Notes: generated by a model from the letters alone, not told the origin. A stretch of 64,000 nt of DNA from an uncultured Planctomycetota bacterium (GCA_963849325.1 CAWKHF010000005.1:992001-1056000); one strand, 5' to 3'. Counted from the stretch's first letter, positions 1-10,024 are shown. Made by a program: numbers and translations.

Positions 1-836
1 TGGACGGCGACGCCACGGAGATCATGATGTGGCCGCTGGGCGGCCTGGCCTCGGTGGATCTGCCGCACCAGCCGCGCGCTCACTTCCTCACCGCGGCGGC
101 GGGACCGGCCGTCAACCTCCTGCTGGCCACCCTCTGCGCTCTGCTTTTGGCCGTCGTGTTTGATCCTTCCTTTCAGCCGCCCTGGAACCCTCTGAACTGT
201 CCGTTCCGAATCTCCGCGGACGGTTCGATCGCCCTGTACGCCTGGAACGGCCAACCGCACGCGATCAACCGCCTGGGTCTGGTGCTTTTGGCCCGCTTGT
301 TCTGGGTCAACTGGGTGCTGTTCCTCTTCAACATGGTCCTCGTCTGCTTCCCGATGGACGCTGGCCGAATGCTGCAGAGCGCCTTGTGGCCGCAGCTCGG
401 CTTCCGCCAGGCGACGCTGGTCGTCATCTACGCCGGCTTCGTTATGACGGTGATCGTCGGCCTGTTGTCGATCGTGTGGAACGAGATCCTCATCTTCTGC
501 CTGGCCGCCTTCATCTACGTATCCTGCCGCACGCAGTTGTTCGTCCTGGAGACCGGCGGCGAGGAGGGTTTGTTCGGCTACGACTTCTCGCAGGGCTACA
601 CCAGCCTGGAGCGCGATCAGCCGCGTCCGGCCACGAAGAAGGCGAGTTGGTGGAAGCGCTGGCGCGACCGCCGCGCCGCTCGCAAGCTCCAGCGCGACAT
701 GGAGACACGCGAGGCCGATGAGCGACGCCTCGACGAACTGCTGGAAAAAGTGCAGCGCCTCGGCATGGGCGCCCTGACCGACGAGGAACGCCGCTTCATG
801 AAGCGCGTCAGCGACCGCTATCGCAACCGAAATTAA
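1..836 (+). CDS. Site-2 protease (M50 family) membrane metalloprotease, 5'-partial, with charged C-terminal helical tail
   Basis: AAGPAVN and FNxxxxFPMDAGRML motifs, multiple TM segments; tail RLDELLEKV...LTDEERRFM; reading frame continues upstream of the ORF-track start. Confidence 0.8.
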   Translation, partial: DGDATEIMMWPLGGLASVDLPHQPRAHFLTAAAGPAVNLLLATLCALLLAVVFDPSFQPPWNPLNCPFRISADGSIALYAWNGQPHAINRLGLVLLARLFWVNWVLFLFNMVLVCFPMDAGRMLQSALWPQLGFRQATLVVIYAGFVMTVIVGLLSIVWNEILIFCLAAFIYVSCRTQLFVLETGGEEGLFGYDFSQGYTSLERDQPRPATKKASWWKRWRDRRAARKLQRDMETREADERRLDELLEKVQRLGMGALTDEERRFMKRVSDRYRNRN

Positions 837-837
837 C

Positions 838-2166
838 ATGGCCGAGCAAATTCCTCCCCGAACGCTCAAGGGCTTCCGCGATTATCTGCCGGAATTGATG
901 ATTCCGCGCGAACACCTGCTGGAACAGGCGCGGCGCGTCTATCGCTCTTACGGCTTCGCTCCCATCGACACGCCGGCGCTGGAGTATCTGGAGATCCTGC
1001 GCGGCAAGGCCGGCGAGGAATCGGACAAGCTCATCTACAGCTTCAAGGACCACGGCGGCCGCGACGTCGCCCTGCGCTTCGATCTGACGGTGCCGTTCGC
1101 TCGTTTCGCCGCCCAGTACATCGGCCAGCTCGGCACGCCGTTCAAGCGTTATCACGTCGGGCCGGTCTGGCGCGGCGAGAACACCGGACACGGACGCTAC
1201 CGCGAATTCTGGCAGTGCGATTTCGACACCATCGGCACTACCTCGAATGCCAGCGACATCGAGGTCGCCCTGGTCATTCACGACCTGATGCGCGCCCTCG
1301 GCTTCGAGAAGTTTGAAATCCGCATCAACAATCGCCTTGTCCTCAACGGCCTGCTGGAAGAGTTGGGTCTGGCCGGGCAGGCGGCACCGCTGCTGCGCGC
1401 TCTCGACAAATTGCCGAAGATCGGGGCGGAGGCGGTCTGCGCTGAGATGGCCGAGAAGGCCGGGGTCGGCCGTGCTCAGGCCGAGCGCGTGCTGGCCCTG
1501 GCCGGGATGCAAGGCGGCAACACCGACATCCTCACTCGCCTCGAACGCGAGTTCGGCGCCAACCCGCGCGCCGCCGACGGCATCGCTCGTCTGCGCGAAC
1601 TCGTCACCGTGGCCCGCGACGCCGGTATCGCCGAGGAGCGGATTCGACTGGACCTGTCCATCGCGCGCGGCCTGGACTACTACACCGGCACCATTTACGA
1701 GACGTTCCTGACCGACAAGCCGGACATCGGCAGCGTCTGCTCCGGCGGTCGTTACGACAACCTCGCCAGCCTGTACACCAAGCAGGTGTTGCCCGGCGTC
1801 GGCGCCTCGCTGGGACTGGACCGCCTGCTGGCCGCGATGGAGGAAATGAACCTGCTGCCGAAGGTGAGTACACCGGCCCCGGTGCTGGTCGTGCAGTTCG
1901 CTGCCGAGTACATCGGGGCGTACCAGCGCATGGCGCGGCACCTGCGAACGGAAGGGGTCGGCGTCGAGGTCTATCCCGAGGCGAAGAAGGTCGGCCAGCA
2001 GTTGAAGTACGCCGAGGGGCGCGGCTTCCGCGTCGCCCTCATCGCCGGACCGGACGAGTTCGCTCGCGGCATGTGGCAGATCAAGGACCTGGCGCGGCGC
2101 GAGCAGATCAACGTGCCGGCGACGGAAGTCGTGCCGGCCGTGCGCAAGGTGCTGGGGACAACGTGA
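838..2166 (+). CDS. hisS: Histidine--tRNA ligase
   Basis: KGFRDY, LRFDLTVPFAR, GRYREFWQCDFD, ARGLDYYTG, SGGRYD motifs. Confidence 0.98.
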   Translation: MAEQIPPRTLKGFRDYLPELMIPREHLLEQARRVYRSYGFAPIDTPALEYLEILRGKAGEESDKLIYSFKDHGGRDVALRFDLTVPFARFAAQYIGQLGTPFKRYHVGPVWRGENTGHGRYREFWQCDFDTIGTTSNASDIEVALVIHDLMRALGFEKFEIRINNRLVLNGLLEELGLAGQAAPLLRALDKLPKIGAEAVCAEMAEKAGVGRAQAERVLALAGMQGGNTDILTRLEREFGANPRAADGIARLRELVTVARDAGIAEERIRLDLSIARGLDYYTGTIYETFLTDKPDIGSVCSGGRYDNLASLYTKQVLPGVGASLGLDRLLAAMEEMNLLPKVSTPAPVLVVQFAAEYIGAYQRMARHLRTEGVGVEVYPEAKKVGQQLKYAEGRGFRVALIAGPDEFARGMWQIKDLARREQINVPATEVVPAVRKVLGTT

Positions 2167-2179
2167 GCGAGGGCGCCGC

Positions 2180-2791
2180 ATGGACCGCAGCAACCATTAC
2201 GAGTCGGCCTTCGAGGCGTACCTGCAAGGACATCGTCTCTGTTACGTCGCCGTCGATGAGACGCGGCGGCCCATCCTCGGCGCCTCGCCGGTCAAGAGCC
2301 TCGATTTCATCGTCTTCGGCGAGAACGGCGCCCGCCTCGTGGTGGACGTGAAGGGTCGCCGCTTCCCGGCCGGCCGGGCCGGCAAGCGCCGCCGCGTCTG
2401 GGAGTGCTGGTCCACCCGCGCGGACATCGACGGCTTGCGGCGCTGGGTCGATCTGTGGGGCGAGGGCTATCAGGGCTTGCTCGTCTTCAGCTATCACATC
2501 CTGCCCGACGTGGAGTTGCCCGCCGACACCGAGGATCTGTGGACGTGGCGCGGCCGGCGCTATCTTCTGCGCGCGATCGAAGTGAACGAGTATCAGCGGC
2601 ACATGCGCGTCCGCAGTCCGAAATGGGAGACTGTCACTCTGCCGCGCGAGGCGTATCGCGAGCTGGTGCAACCGCTGCATCACTACACGCAGGTTACGGC
2701 GACCGTGCCACCCGACACGGCAGACTTGGGTGAAGATGCGTGGGACAACTGGGAGGATGCCGGCGAGTACGAAGATAGCCCGTGGCGGTGA
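2180..2791 (+). CDS. HYExAFE family protein (PD-(D/E)XK nuclease-like)
   Basis: N-terminal NHYESAFE; LDFIV...VDVKGRR resembles a D...(D/E)xK nuclease core. Confidence 0.8.
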   Translation: MDRSNHYESAFEAYLQGHRLCYVAVDETRRPILGASPVKSLDFIVFGENGARLVVDVKGRRFPAGRAGKRRRVWECWSTRADIDGLRRWVDLWGEGYQGLLVFSYHILPDVELPADTEDLWTWRGRRYLLRAIEVNEYQRHMRVRSPKWETVTLPREAYRELVQPLHHYTQVTATVPPDTADLGEDAWDNWEDAGEYEDSPWR

Positions 2792-2876
2792 TGTCCTGAC
2801 TCTCGTTCGCCATCCGAGTTTTGCCGGGTGCGAGGAAAGCCAACGAAAAGTTTCGGATACCTTTGCTGCGCGGCGG

Positions 2877-3284
2877 TCAAGGCGGCGGGAAGTAGCCAGC
2901 GGCGATCAACGCTTCGCGCAGCGTAACGCGATGCGGAAGGTTCATGCCCAGCACAGCCACCGTCGCACGGCCGATGGCCGTGCGCCCGGTCAGGATCGGG
3001 CCGTCCCAGTGGAAATGCCAAGACCACTTGTGTCGCCGCGGATTGAAGAGACGAGTGAGCTTCTTGGTGACGGGGTCGATCCCGGTCAGGTTCGGCCCCT
3101 TGTGCAAGTTGTCTTGGTGACAGGCGAGGGCCAGATTGCTTGGAGAATCCGTGCCCCCGTGCTGCCGGGCGATGACGTGCTCGACATGGAACGCGAAGAG
3201 AGGGTCATCGTCCTCGTGGAGCCGGCAGTATTCGCAGCGCTGCCCCGCGCGCTGCCGGACCAAGTTGCGGGTGAGCGCGTCCAT
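2877..3284 (-). CDS. HNH endonuclease
   Basis: CEYC...HVEHVIARQHGG...NLALACHQDNLHK, then LFNPRR...W..HF.W. Confidence 0.9.
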   Translation of the reverse strand: MDALTRNLVRQRAGQRCEYCRLHEDDDPLFAFHVEHVIARQHGGTDSPSNLALACHQDNLHKGPNLTGIDPVTKKLTRLFNPRRHKWSWHFHWDGPILTGRTAIGRATVAVLGMNLPHRVTLREALIAAGYFPPP

Positions 3285-3550
3285 CAGGAAGTAGTACGGA
3301 GCTGTGCCCGGGCTTTGGCCTGGAGGATAGCCACGATGTTCGCGGCCATGACACAGGCTTCATACTCGGCGCGCTCTTCCGTTGAGAGTAAGCCCTCGTT
3401 GCACTTCTCCGCCAGTTCGCGGATTCGGGCCTGAGCCTCTTCGTCGCCGCGTAGGCCAGCCAACTCGCGGGCTGCCCGTTTGGAGAGGCAACGTCCTACC
3501 GGGTCGAGCAATCGGTCCAAGACGCGCGTGAGAGTAGTCGTTTCGGGCAT
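3284..3550 (-). CDS. Small helical protein translationally coupled to the HNH gene (antitoxin-like)
   Basis: 88 aa; RIRELAEKCNEGLLSTEERAEYE; TGATG stop/start overlap with the HNH gene. Confidence 0.75.
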   Translation of the reverse strand: MPETTTLTRVLDRLLDPVGRCLSKRAARELAGLRGDEEAQARIRELAEKCNEGLLSTEERAEYEACVMAANIVAILQAKARAQLRTTS

Positions 3551-3734
3551 GTCTTCATAATACCTTGGTGTCCTGCCGCCGTCTGGATGTTAGCACAGAT
3601 ACGGCCGCAGGTCGAGCACGTCCGCCAGGGAACGTCGGAGGACGGCTTGGCCTGGATGGGGTCGAAGCGCGGTGGTTATCATTGACGAGAGATCGAGAGG
3701 GGCGGGGCGACCGGCATCATCCAGGAGGTTGGTC

Positions 3735-4439
3735 ATGGCGACGCGATTGTGTTGGTTGGGACATGCGTGTTTGCTGCTGGAGAGCGACGGCAAGCGGGTG
3801 CTGATCGATCCGTTCCTCACCGGCAATCCCTCGGCGGCGATAACGGCCGACAAGGTGCCGGCCGATTTTATCCTCGTCTCGCACGGCCACGGCGATCACG
3901 TCGGCGACACCGTGGCCATCGCCAAGCGCACCGGCGCGACCGTCATCGCCAACTACGAGATGAGCGAGTGGTTCAAAAAGCAGGGAGTGAAGAACGTCCA
4001 CGGCCAGCAGCACGGCGGTGGACATGCTTATCCGTTCGGCCACGTCAAGCTGACGTTGGCCTTCCACGGCTCGGCGCTGCCCGATGGCAGCTACGGCGGC
4101 AATCCTTGCGGTTTCCTCATCACCTTCTCGGACGGCACGCGCGTTTACGACGCCGCGGACACGGGTTTGTTCGGCGACATGCGGCTGATCGGCGAGGAGG
4201 GGATCGATCTGGCCGTGCTGCCCATCGGCGACAATTTCACGATGGGGCCGGGCGACGCCGTGCGCGCCGTGAAGCTAATTCAGCCGCGGCAGGTGGTGCC
4301 CATCCACTACAACACCTGGGAACTGATCGCGCAGGACGCCGGCGCCTGGGCCGAGCGCGTTCGCCGCGAGACGCAGGCCGAACCCGTCGTCCTCAAACCC
4401 GGCGAATGGGTCGATGTCCAGGCTCGGAAAAGGGAATAG
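3735..4439 (+). CDS. Metal-dependent hydrolase, MBL fold (UPF0173-like)
   Basis: WLGHAC, IDPFL, SHGHGDH, LPIGDNFTM, PIHYNTW; SD AGGAGG upstream. Confidence 0.92.
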   Translation: MATRLCWLGHACLLLESDGKRVLIDPFLTGNPSAAITADKVPADFILVSHGHGDHVGDTVAIAKRTGATVIANYEMSEWFKKQGVKNVHGQQHGGGHAYPFGHVKLTLAFHGSALPDGSYGGNPCGFLITFSDGTRVYDAADTGLFGDMRLIGEEGIDLAVLPIGDNFTMGPGDAVRAVKLIQPRQVVPIHYNTWELIAQDAGAWAERVRRETQAEPVVLKPGEWVDVQARKRE

Positions 4440-4493
4440 GGAATAGGAAAGACTCCTTGCCCCTATTCCCTATTCCCTATTCCCTATTCCCTA
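4431..4493. repeat. Heptamer-arm hairpin (GGGAATA)n ... (TATTCCC)n between convergent genes
   Basis: Inverted tandem 7-mers; contains the hydrolase TAG stop. Confidence 0.9.
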
Positions 4494-4499
4494 GTTGAT

Positions 4500-7400
4500 T
4501 CAGTGCGCCATGCTGTCCGAGCCGGCGGGCGGCTCGCGATGGCCGTAGAGGCTGTACAGGATCGGCATGAGATAGCGCGTCAAAAACAGCGTCGTAATCA
4601 TGCCGCCGACGACGACGATGGCCAGCGGTTGCTGCGTCTGGGCGCCGATGCGCGTCGAGAGCGCCGCCGGCAGCAGGCCCAGGATGGCCGTCAACGCCGT
4701 CATCATCACCGGCCGTACCCGCTTCTCCGCCCCCTGCATGATGGCGTCGTGCAGCGGCAACCCCTGGGCGCGCAGCTGGTTGAAGTAGGAGATCATCAGC
4801 AGGCCGTCCATGATGGCCACGCCGAACAGCGAGATGAAGCCGACCGCCGCCGAGATGCTGAAGTGCGTGCCGGTCAACAAGAGCGCCCAGATGCCGCCCA
4901 TCGACAGGTCGAGGACGTTGGACAGCACCACGAAGGCGTCCAGAAATGAGTGGAAGGCCAGGTACAGCAGCAGGAAAATCAAAACCAGCGACAAGGGGAT
5001 GATGAACATGAGGCGGCCCTCGGCCTCCTCCATCTCCTCGAACTCGCCGCTCCAGATGGCCCGGTAAGGGGTCCGGAACAGCTCGGCCGACTTCTGCTGG
5101 GCCTCGGCCACGGTGCCGGCCAGGTCGCGGTTGCGCACGCTGAACTTGACGGCGATCAGCCGTTCACCCTGCTCGCGGTAAATCGTCGAGGCGCCTGCGC
5201 GGATGAAATGGCCTTTCGGGTCGGGCCGGCCTTGCTCGTCGAGTGGCGTGACGAAGTCTTGCAGCGGCCGCTGCGGATTCGCCGCCAGATAGTTCAGGGT
5301 GCCGTTCCACAAACTGCCGTGCAAACCCGGCATGCTCACACTGGTGCCGATGCTCGACAACCCCGTACTGCCGCCGGTGATCCGCGTCGGGGCGACGCCG
5401 GAGACGAAGCCCGAAGTCTGGTTGTTGCCGATGTCCACCGGGATGTTCAGGATGGTCTTCTCGCTCGCTCGCAGCGACTCCGGCCAGCGCAGGGTGAGGT
5501 CGAACTTCTTCTCGCCCTCGATCATGGTCGAGAACGGCTGGCCGCCCACCGCCGACTTGATGACGGTCAGCACGTCGTTATCGCTGGCCCCATACGTCTG
5601 ACACTTGTCGCGGTCGATGGGAAATTCCAGGTTCGGTTGGCCCTTGACGCGGAAGACGCCGACGTCCTCGATGCCGCGCACGTCCTTGAGGATGATCTGC
5701 AAGCGATCGGCCAGCTTCTCCAGTTCGTCGAGGTCCGGGCCGATGATCTTGACGGAGTTGTCGCCCTTGACGCCGGAGAGCGACTCCATGACGTTGTCGC
5801 GGATGTTCTGCGAGAAGTTCCAATCGACGCCGACGATCTTGAGGTTCAGCTCGTCGTTCATCTCGCGGACCAGTTCCGGCTTGGTCCGCGCTCGGCGGGT
5901 GCGGAACCAGCGGAGCCAGCCCGTCTGGTTCTTGAGCGCCGGCCAGTCGCGCTGCGGCTTGAGCGGCACGAAGAACTCGACGTTGTAGAAGCCGGTCGGG
6001 TCGGTGCCGTCGTCGGGCCGGCCGATCTGCGCCATGATCGCCTGGATCTCGGGGTAGGTCTGCATGATGAGCCGGGCGCGATCGGTCTGCACCGACACGG
6101 CATCGAGGTTGATGTTCATTGGGAAGGTGGCGCGAATCCACAGGTTGCCCTCTTCCAGTTCGGGCATGAACTCGCGGCCCAGCAACGGCAACAGCAACAC
6201 CGTGATGGCGATAAGGCTGCCCATGACCGCCAGCGTCGCCCAGCGATACTTCAGGCACAGCTCCAGCTGGTTGAGGTAGCGCGACTTGAGGACGCGGACC
6301 AGGAAGTTGTCCGGGACCGGCTCGAGCTTGCTGAAGAAGAGCAGGCACAGCACCGGGGCCAGGGTCAGGGCCAGAAGCAGAGCGCCGCCCAGGGCGAAGG
6401 CGTAGGTGTCGGCCATCGGGCCGAAGATCTGTCCTTCCGGGCCGCGCATCGTGAACAGCGGCAGGAAGGCGCAGACCATGATGAGCGTCGAGAAAAACAG
6501 GCTTTTCTGCACCTCGCCGCTGGCCCGGATAATGCGGTCCTTCAGCGGCAGTTCGGCGTACTCGCCGGAGCTGAGGTGGCGATAGATGTTCTCGACCATG
6601 ATGACCGAGGAATCGACGATGATGCCGAAATCGACGGCCCCGATGGACAGCAGGTTGGCCGACTTGCCGCGCAGGAACAGCATCGAGAAGGCGAACAACA
6701 GCGCCAGCGGGATGTTGATGGCCACGATCAGAGCGCTGCGCACGTTACTGAGGAACATGAACAGGATGACCGTCACCAGGCCCATGCCCAGGAGGAGGTT
6801 CTCTTGCACGGTCTCGGTGGTGACGTGGATGAGGTCGGTGCGATCGTAGTAGGTGTCGATTTTGACGCCGGGCAGCATCCGGCCGGGCTTCTCGTTGAGT
6901 TCCTTGATCTTGACTTCGACGTCGTGCAGGGCGGGCAGCGAGTCCTCGTTCTTGCGCAGCAGGATGATGCTCTGCACCTTCTCCGGCTCGCTGAGCCAGA
7001 CTACGTTGCCGTCGGCATCGTGGACTTCTCGGCCGTTGGCGTTCTTCTTCGGTTCGCTGTACATGACCCGGCCGAGGCGCGTCTGGGAAGCGACGACGAC
7101 GCCCTGCCGGCCGATGTCGGTGGCGTACTTGAGGGGGCCGCCCTCGACCACGTCCCCGACGCGGATGGGCGATTGTTGATTGATGCGATGGTGATCTGGC
7201 GGATGGCCCGGACGCGGCGTTCGTCCTCGCGGCGCAGGTAGTCGGCGGCGGCGCGGGGGTTGCTCGTGGCGAGCACTTCCGGGGCCTGCATGGGGTCGAT
7301 GCCGCCGCCGATCAGGCCGATGCCGCGCACGTTGAGGAGGTTGGGGCCGAGCTGGAGGTGTTCGCCGCCGACGTTGGCGTTGGCGTTGGCGATGGCGTTT

Positions 7401-8030
7401 TGCAGCTGCGACAGGGTGATGCCGTAGCGCCGCAGGCGGTCCGGGTCGGGACGGACCTCGTAGCGCTTGACGGTGCCGCCGCTGCTGGACACGTCGATGA
7501 TGCGCGGTACGCGCTTGAAGATGCGCTCCAGGCTCCAGTCTTGCAGCGCCTTCAGGTCGTTGAGCGAATAAATATCGCGGCCATGATCGTCCTTGGGTCC
7601 GGTCAGGGTGTAGCGGAGGATTTCGCCGGTCGGACTTTGCGGCGACAGGATCGGCAGGACGCCCGGCGGCAACGACTCGGTGAATTGCAGGCGGTTGATG
7701 ACCTCCTGCTTGGCCCTCTCGTAGTCGATGCCGTACTCGAACTGGTTGCGCAGGTGCGACAGGCCGAACAGCGATTTGGTCGCGCGTGTACTTCAGGCCG
7801 GGCATGCCGGCCAGCGTCACTTCCAGCGGGATGGTGACCTGGCGCTCGACCTCCTCGGCCGAGGCGCCGGGATACTGGGCGATGACCTCGACGATGGCCG
7901 GCGCCGGGTCGGGGTAGGCTTCGACGTTGACCTTGAAGAAGGCGTAGCCGCCGAAGCCGGCCAGCCCCGCCATGAGCAACAGGACGATGAGCGGATTGTT
8001 GACCGCCCAGGCGATGAGTTTGCGTACCAT
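4500..8030 (-). CDS. CzcA/CusA-family RND efflux permease (frameshifted near 7780 and 7185)
   Basis: VEAYPD, GASAEEVERQVTIPLE, NLLSIGAVDFGIIVD, RVRPVMMTALTAILGLLP, QQPLAIVVVGG; the middle segment is read in ORF 7001-7672. Confidence 0.93.
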   Translation of the reverse strand: MVRKLIAWAVNNPLIVLLLMAGLAGFGGYAFFKVNVEAYPDPAPAIVEVIAQYPGASAEEVERQVTIPLEVTLAGMPGLKYTRDQIAVRPVAPAQPVRVRHRLREGQAGGHQPPAIHRVVAAGRPADPVAAKSDRRNPPLHPDRTQGRSWPRYLFAQRPEGAARLEPGAHLQARTAHHRRVQQRRHRQALRGPSRPGPPAALRHHPVAAAKRHRQRQRQRRRRTPPARPQPPQRARHRPDRRRHRPHAGPGSARHEQPPRRRRLPAPRGRTPRPGHPPDHHRINQQSPIRVGDVVEGGPLKYATDIGRQGVVVASQTRLGRVMYSEPKKNANGREVHDADGNVVWLSEPEKVQSIILLRKNEDSLPALHDVEVKIKELNEKPGRMLPGVKIDTYYDRTDLIHVTTETVQENLLLGMGLVTVILFMFLSNVRSALIVAINIPLALLFAFSMLFLRGKSANLLSIGAVDFGIIVDSSVIMVENIYRHLSSGEYAELPLKDRIIRASGEVQKSLFFSTLIMVCAFLPLFTMRGPEGQIFGPMADTYAFALGGALLLALTLAPVLCLLFFSKLEPVPDNFLVRVLKSRYLNQLELCLKYRWATLAVMGSLIAITVLLLPLLGREFMPELEEGNLWIRATFPMNINLDAVSVQTDRARLIMQTYPEIQAIMAQIGRPDDGTDPTGFYNVEFFVPLKPQRDWPALKNQTGWLRWFRTRRARTKPELVREMNDELNLKIVGVDWNFSQNIRDNVMESLSGVKGDNSVKIIGPDLDELEKLADRLQIILKDVRGIEDVGVFRVKGQPNLEFPIDRDKCQTYGASDNDVLTVIKSAVGGQPFSTMIEGEKKFDLTLRWPESLRASEKTILNIPVDIGNNQTSGFVSGVAPTRITGGSTGLSSIGTSVSMPGLHGSLWNGTLNYLAANPQRPLQDFVTPLDEQGRPDPKGHFIRAGASTIYREQGERLIAVKFSVRNRDLAGTVAEAQQKSAELFRTPYRAIWSGEFEEMEEAEGRLMFIIPLSLVLIFLLLYLAFHSFLDAFVVLSNVLDLSMGGIWALLLTGTHFSISAAVGFISLFGVAIMDGLLMISYFNQLRAQGLPLHDAIMQGAEKRVRPVMMTALTAILGLLPAALSTRIGAQTQQPLAIVVVGGMITTLFLTRYLMPILYSLYGHREPPAGSDSMAH

Positions 8031-8044
8031 CTGGATTTAGGGAC

Positions 8045-8133
8045 ATAGGGAATAGGGAATAGGGAATAGGGAATAGGGAATAGGTAGGAGCGAGGACTGC
8101 TTCTTCCCTATTCCCTATTCCCTATTCCCTATT
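8045..8133. repeat. Heptamer-arm hairpin (AGGGAAT)~5 ... (TTCCCTA)~4
   Basis: Inverted tandem 7-mers; contains the stop codon of the adaptor gene. Confidence 0.92.
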
Positions 8134-9592
8134 TGCCATTGGGTGATGCCTTGAAGTTGGCCAACTCCGCCGCCAGTTGCAGGTTGCCGGTGGTGACGAC
8201 TTCCTCGCCGGCGTGCAGGGGTCGAGCGCCGCGCTTCTTTTCGGCCTCGTTCGGCTCGGCGCGGATGAGGACGGTTTGACGGCCGCGCTGCACGACGGCC
8301 ACCGGACGCGGCGTGAACTCGCGGTGGGCGGTATCGACGGCGACGAGGACGCTGGCGGCGTCGCCTTCCTCGATCAGCGCCGACGACGGGATGGCGACCA
8401 GCGACGGATCGGACGGCAGATCGACGGTGGCCGCGATAAACTCGCCGATGAGCCGATCGCCGGGGTTGCGCAGCCAACCGCTGACTAGGCCGGTGTGCTG
8501 CGTCGGATCGATGACTGGACTGATGCGGTCAATCTCTCCCTCGATCGGCTTGTCGTCGCCGGCCCCGTCCAGGTGGACCTTCCAGCGCATCTGCTCCGGC
8601 TTGAGCCGGCGCAGGGCGGCGATGTCCTCCTCGTAGGCGTTGGCCATCACCTGCAAATGAGATAGATCGAGGACTTTGAACAGATCGGTGGTGTTATCGA
8701 CGACGTCGCCGATGGTGACGTTCTTCTCGACGAGGACGCCGTCGATGGGGGCGCGGATGGTGGTCTCGGCCCAGGTGCGTTCGACCTCGGGGTCCACGGC
8801 CCGATGTTCGGGGCGTTTCTTGTCGAGTTGGCCGCGCGCGGTGATGTCGGCCGCGTTCTGGAGGGAGAGCTTCTCGGCCTCGCGGCGGACAGCGGCGATC
8901 TCCGCCTCGGTCAGCCGGTACGAACGCAGCGTGCGCTCGGCCAGAGATACCTGGATGAGGTCGGCCGCCACGTTGCGGCGGGCGGCGTCGATGTCCGACT
9001 CCTTGATGATGCCGGGTTCCGCACGCAGATAGCGGCCCAGCAGTTTTTGATCGACTTCCAGGTGCGAGAGCGCATCGACAAGCTGGCTCTTCATGGCGCC
9101 GACGTCCTTGCTCCAGACGACGGCGAGGATCTGGCCTTTCTTGACGACATCGCCGTAACGCAGGGTGCCGGGATCGTCCGTTTTTTTGCTCATCAGGCTG
9201 GCCGGCAGCGCGGGGCCGATGCGCCGGCCGTTCGAGTCGGCCTTGCCGATGGAGACGACCTGGCCGGAGAAGAAGCACTTGATGCGGGCCAAGCGATTGG
9301 CGTCGAGCATGAGCGAGCCGCGCAGCCGCAGCGGTTCGGGCGGCGGAGCAGGCTGGACCGTGGTGGTTTGCACTTTCAGCGAGGTCGTGTAGTCGGCCGG
9401 TAGACGGAGGACGTCGGGGGAGCGCGCGTCCCAGCCGATGCGCGGCAGCAGGGCGCCCGGGGGCGACGACTCGGTCGCGTTGACCGGACGATACTTCACC
9501 CACAGAAAGAGTCCGGCCGCGATGCCGCCGAGCAGGAGGAGAGCGACGAACACACGGAGGAACGCTTTCACGATGGTGGAGGACCGGGACAT
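8129..9592 (-). CDS. RND periplasmic adaptor (CzcB/CusB family)
   Basis: N-terminal TM, IRAPIDGVLVEKNVTIGDVV, LFKVLDLSHL, AIPSSALI. Confidence 0.9.
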   Translation of the reverse strand: MSRSSTIVKAFLRVFVALLLLGGIAAGLFLWVKYRPVNATESSPPGALLPRIGWDARSPDVLRLPADYTTSLKVQTTTVQPAPPPEPLRLRGSLMLDANRLARIKCFFSGQVVSIGKADSNGRRIGPALPASLMSKKTDDPGTLRYGDVVKKGQILAVVWSKDVGAMKSQLVDALSHLEVDQKLLGRYLRAEPGIIKESDIDAARRNVAADLIQVSLAERTLRSYRLTEAEIAAVRREAEKLSLQNAADITARGQLDKKRPEHRAVDPEVERTWAETTIRAPIDGVLVEKNVTIGDVVDNTTDLFKVLDLSHLQVMANAYEEDIAALRRLKPEQMRWKVHLDGAGDDKPIEGEIDRISPVIDPTQHTGLVSGWLRNPGDRLIGEFIAATVDLPSDPSLVAIPSSALIEEGDAASVLVAVDTAHREFTPRPVAVVQRGRQTVLIRAEPNEAEKKRGARPLHAGEEVVTTGNLQLAAELANFKASPNGK

Positions 9593-9734
9593 AAAAATCC
9601 GATGGCAGGAGGGAGGTCACGCGCCAGCGTTGGCACACACCTTATGCTACGCTAACAATTAAACGGCGGTTCGTATAGAGAGTTCCGGCTTATCGGCGGG
9701 GCGCTCCGAGAATGTCTGGCGTGGGCGAAAGAAA

Positions 9735-9750
9735 AGCAAGGGCCATGCCA
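9735..9750 (-). promoter_or_regulatory. Putative sigma-54 promoter for the RND operon
   Basis: TGGCATGGCCCTTGCT with correct GG-N10-GC spacing, about 140 nt upstream of the adaptor start. Confidence 0.6.
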
Positions 9751-10024
9751 ATGGCCGGGTGGTCTCTTCGTCCAACTATCTTATCACCTAACTCCTTCAC
9801 ATAAAAGCCCCTGCGAAAGCAAGACCGCGATGACCGGCTGGACGGACGCCGCCGCGTGTGATCGCGGATCGGCCAGCGTGGCCGCTGTCCGATCAGAGGC
9901 AGTGGTCGGCCCACGCTCATCGCCCATCGCCGCAAGGGCGATTCGTGTTGACTCGGAAGGGCCGCGTTCTGTCTACTGGAGCTTCGCTTGCGGGCGGATG
10001 AGGGCCCGCGCAAGGGGATGACGC

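Noticed and set aside
808-2193. Long antisense or alternative-frame ORFs (808-2193, 4950-7241, 14306-16009, 60545-61732 and others)
   Set aside because: Shadow ORFs of real genes in high-GC DNA, with no recognisable motifs.
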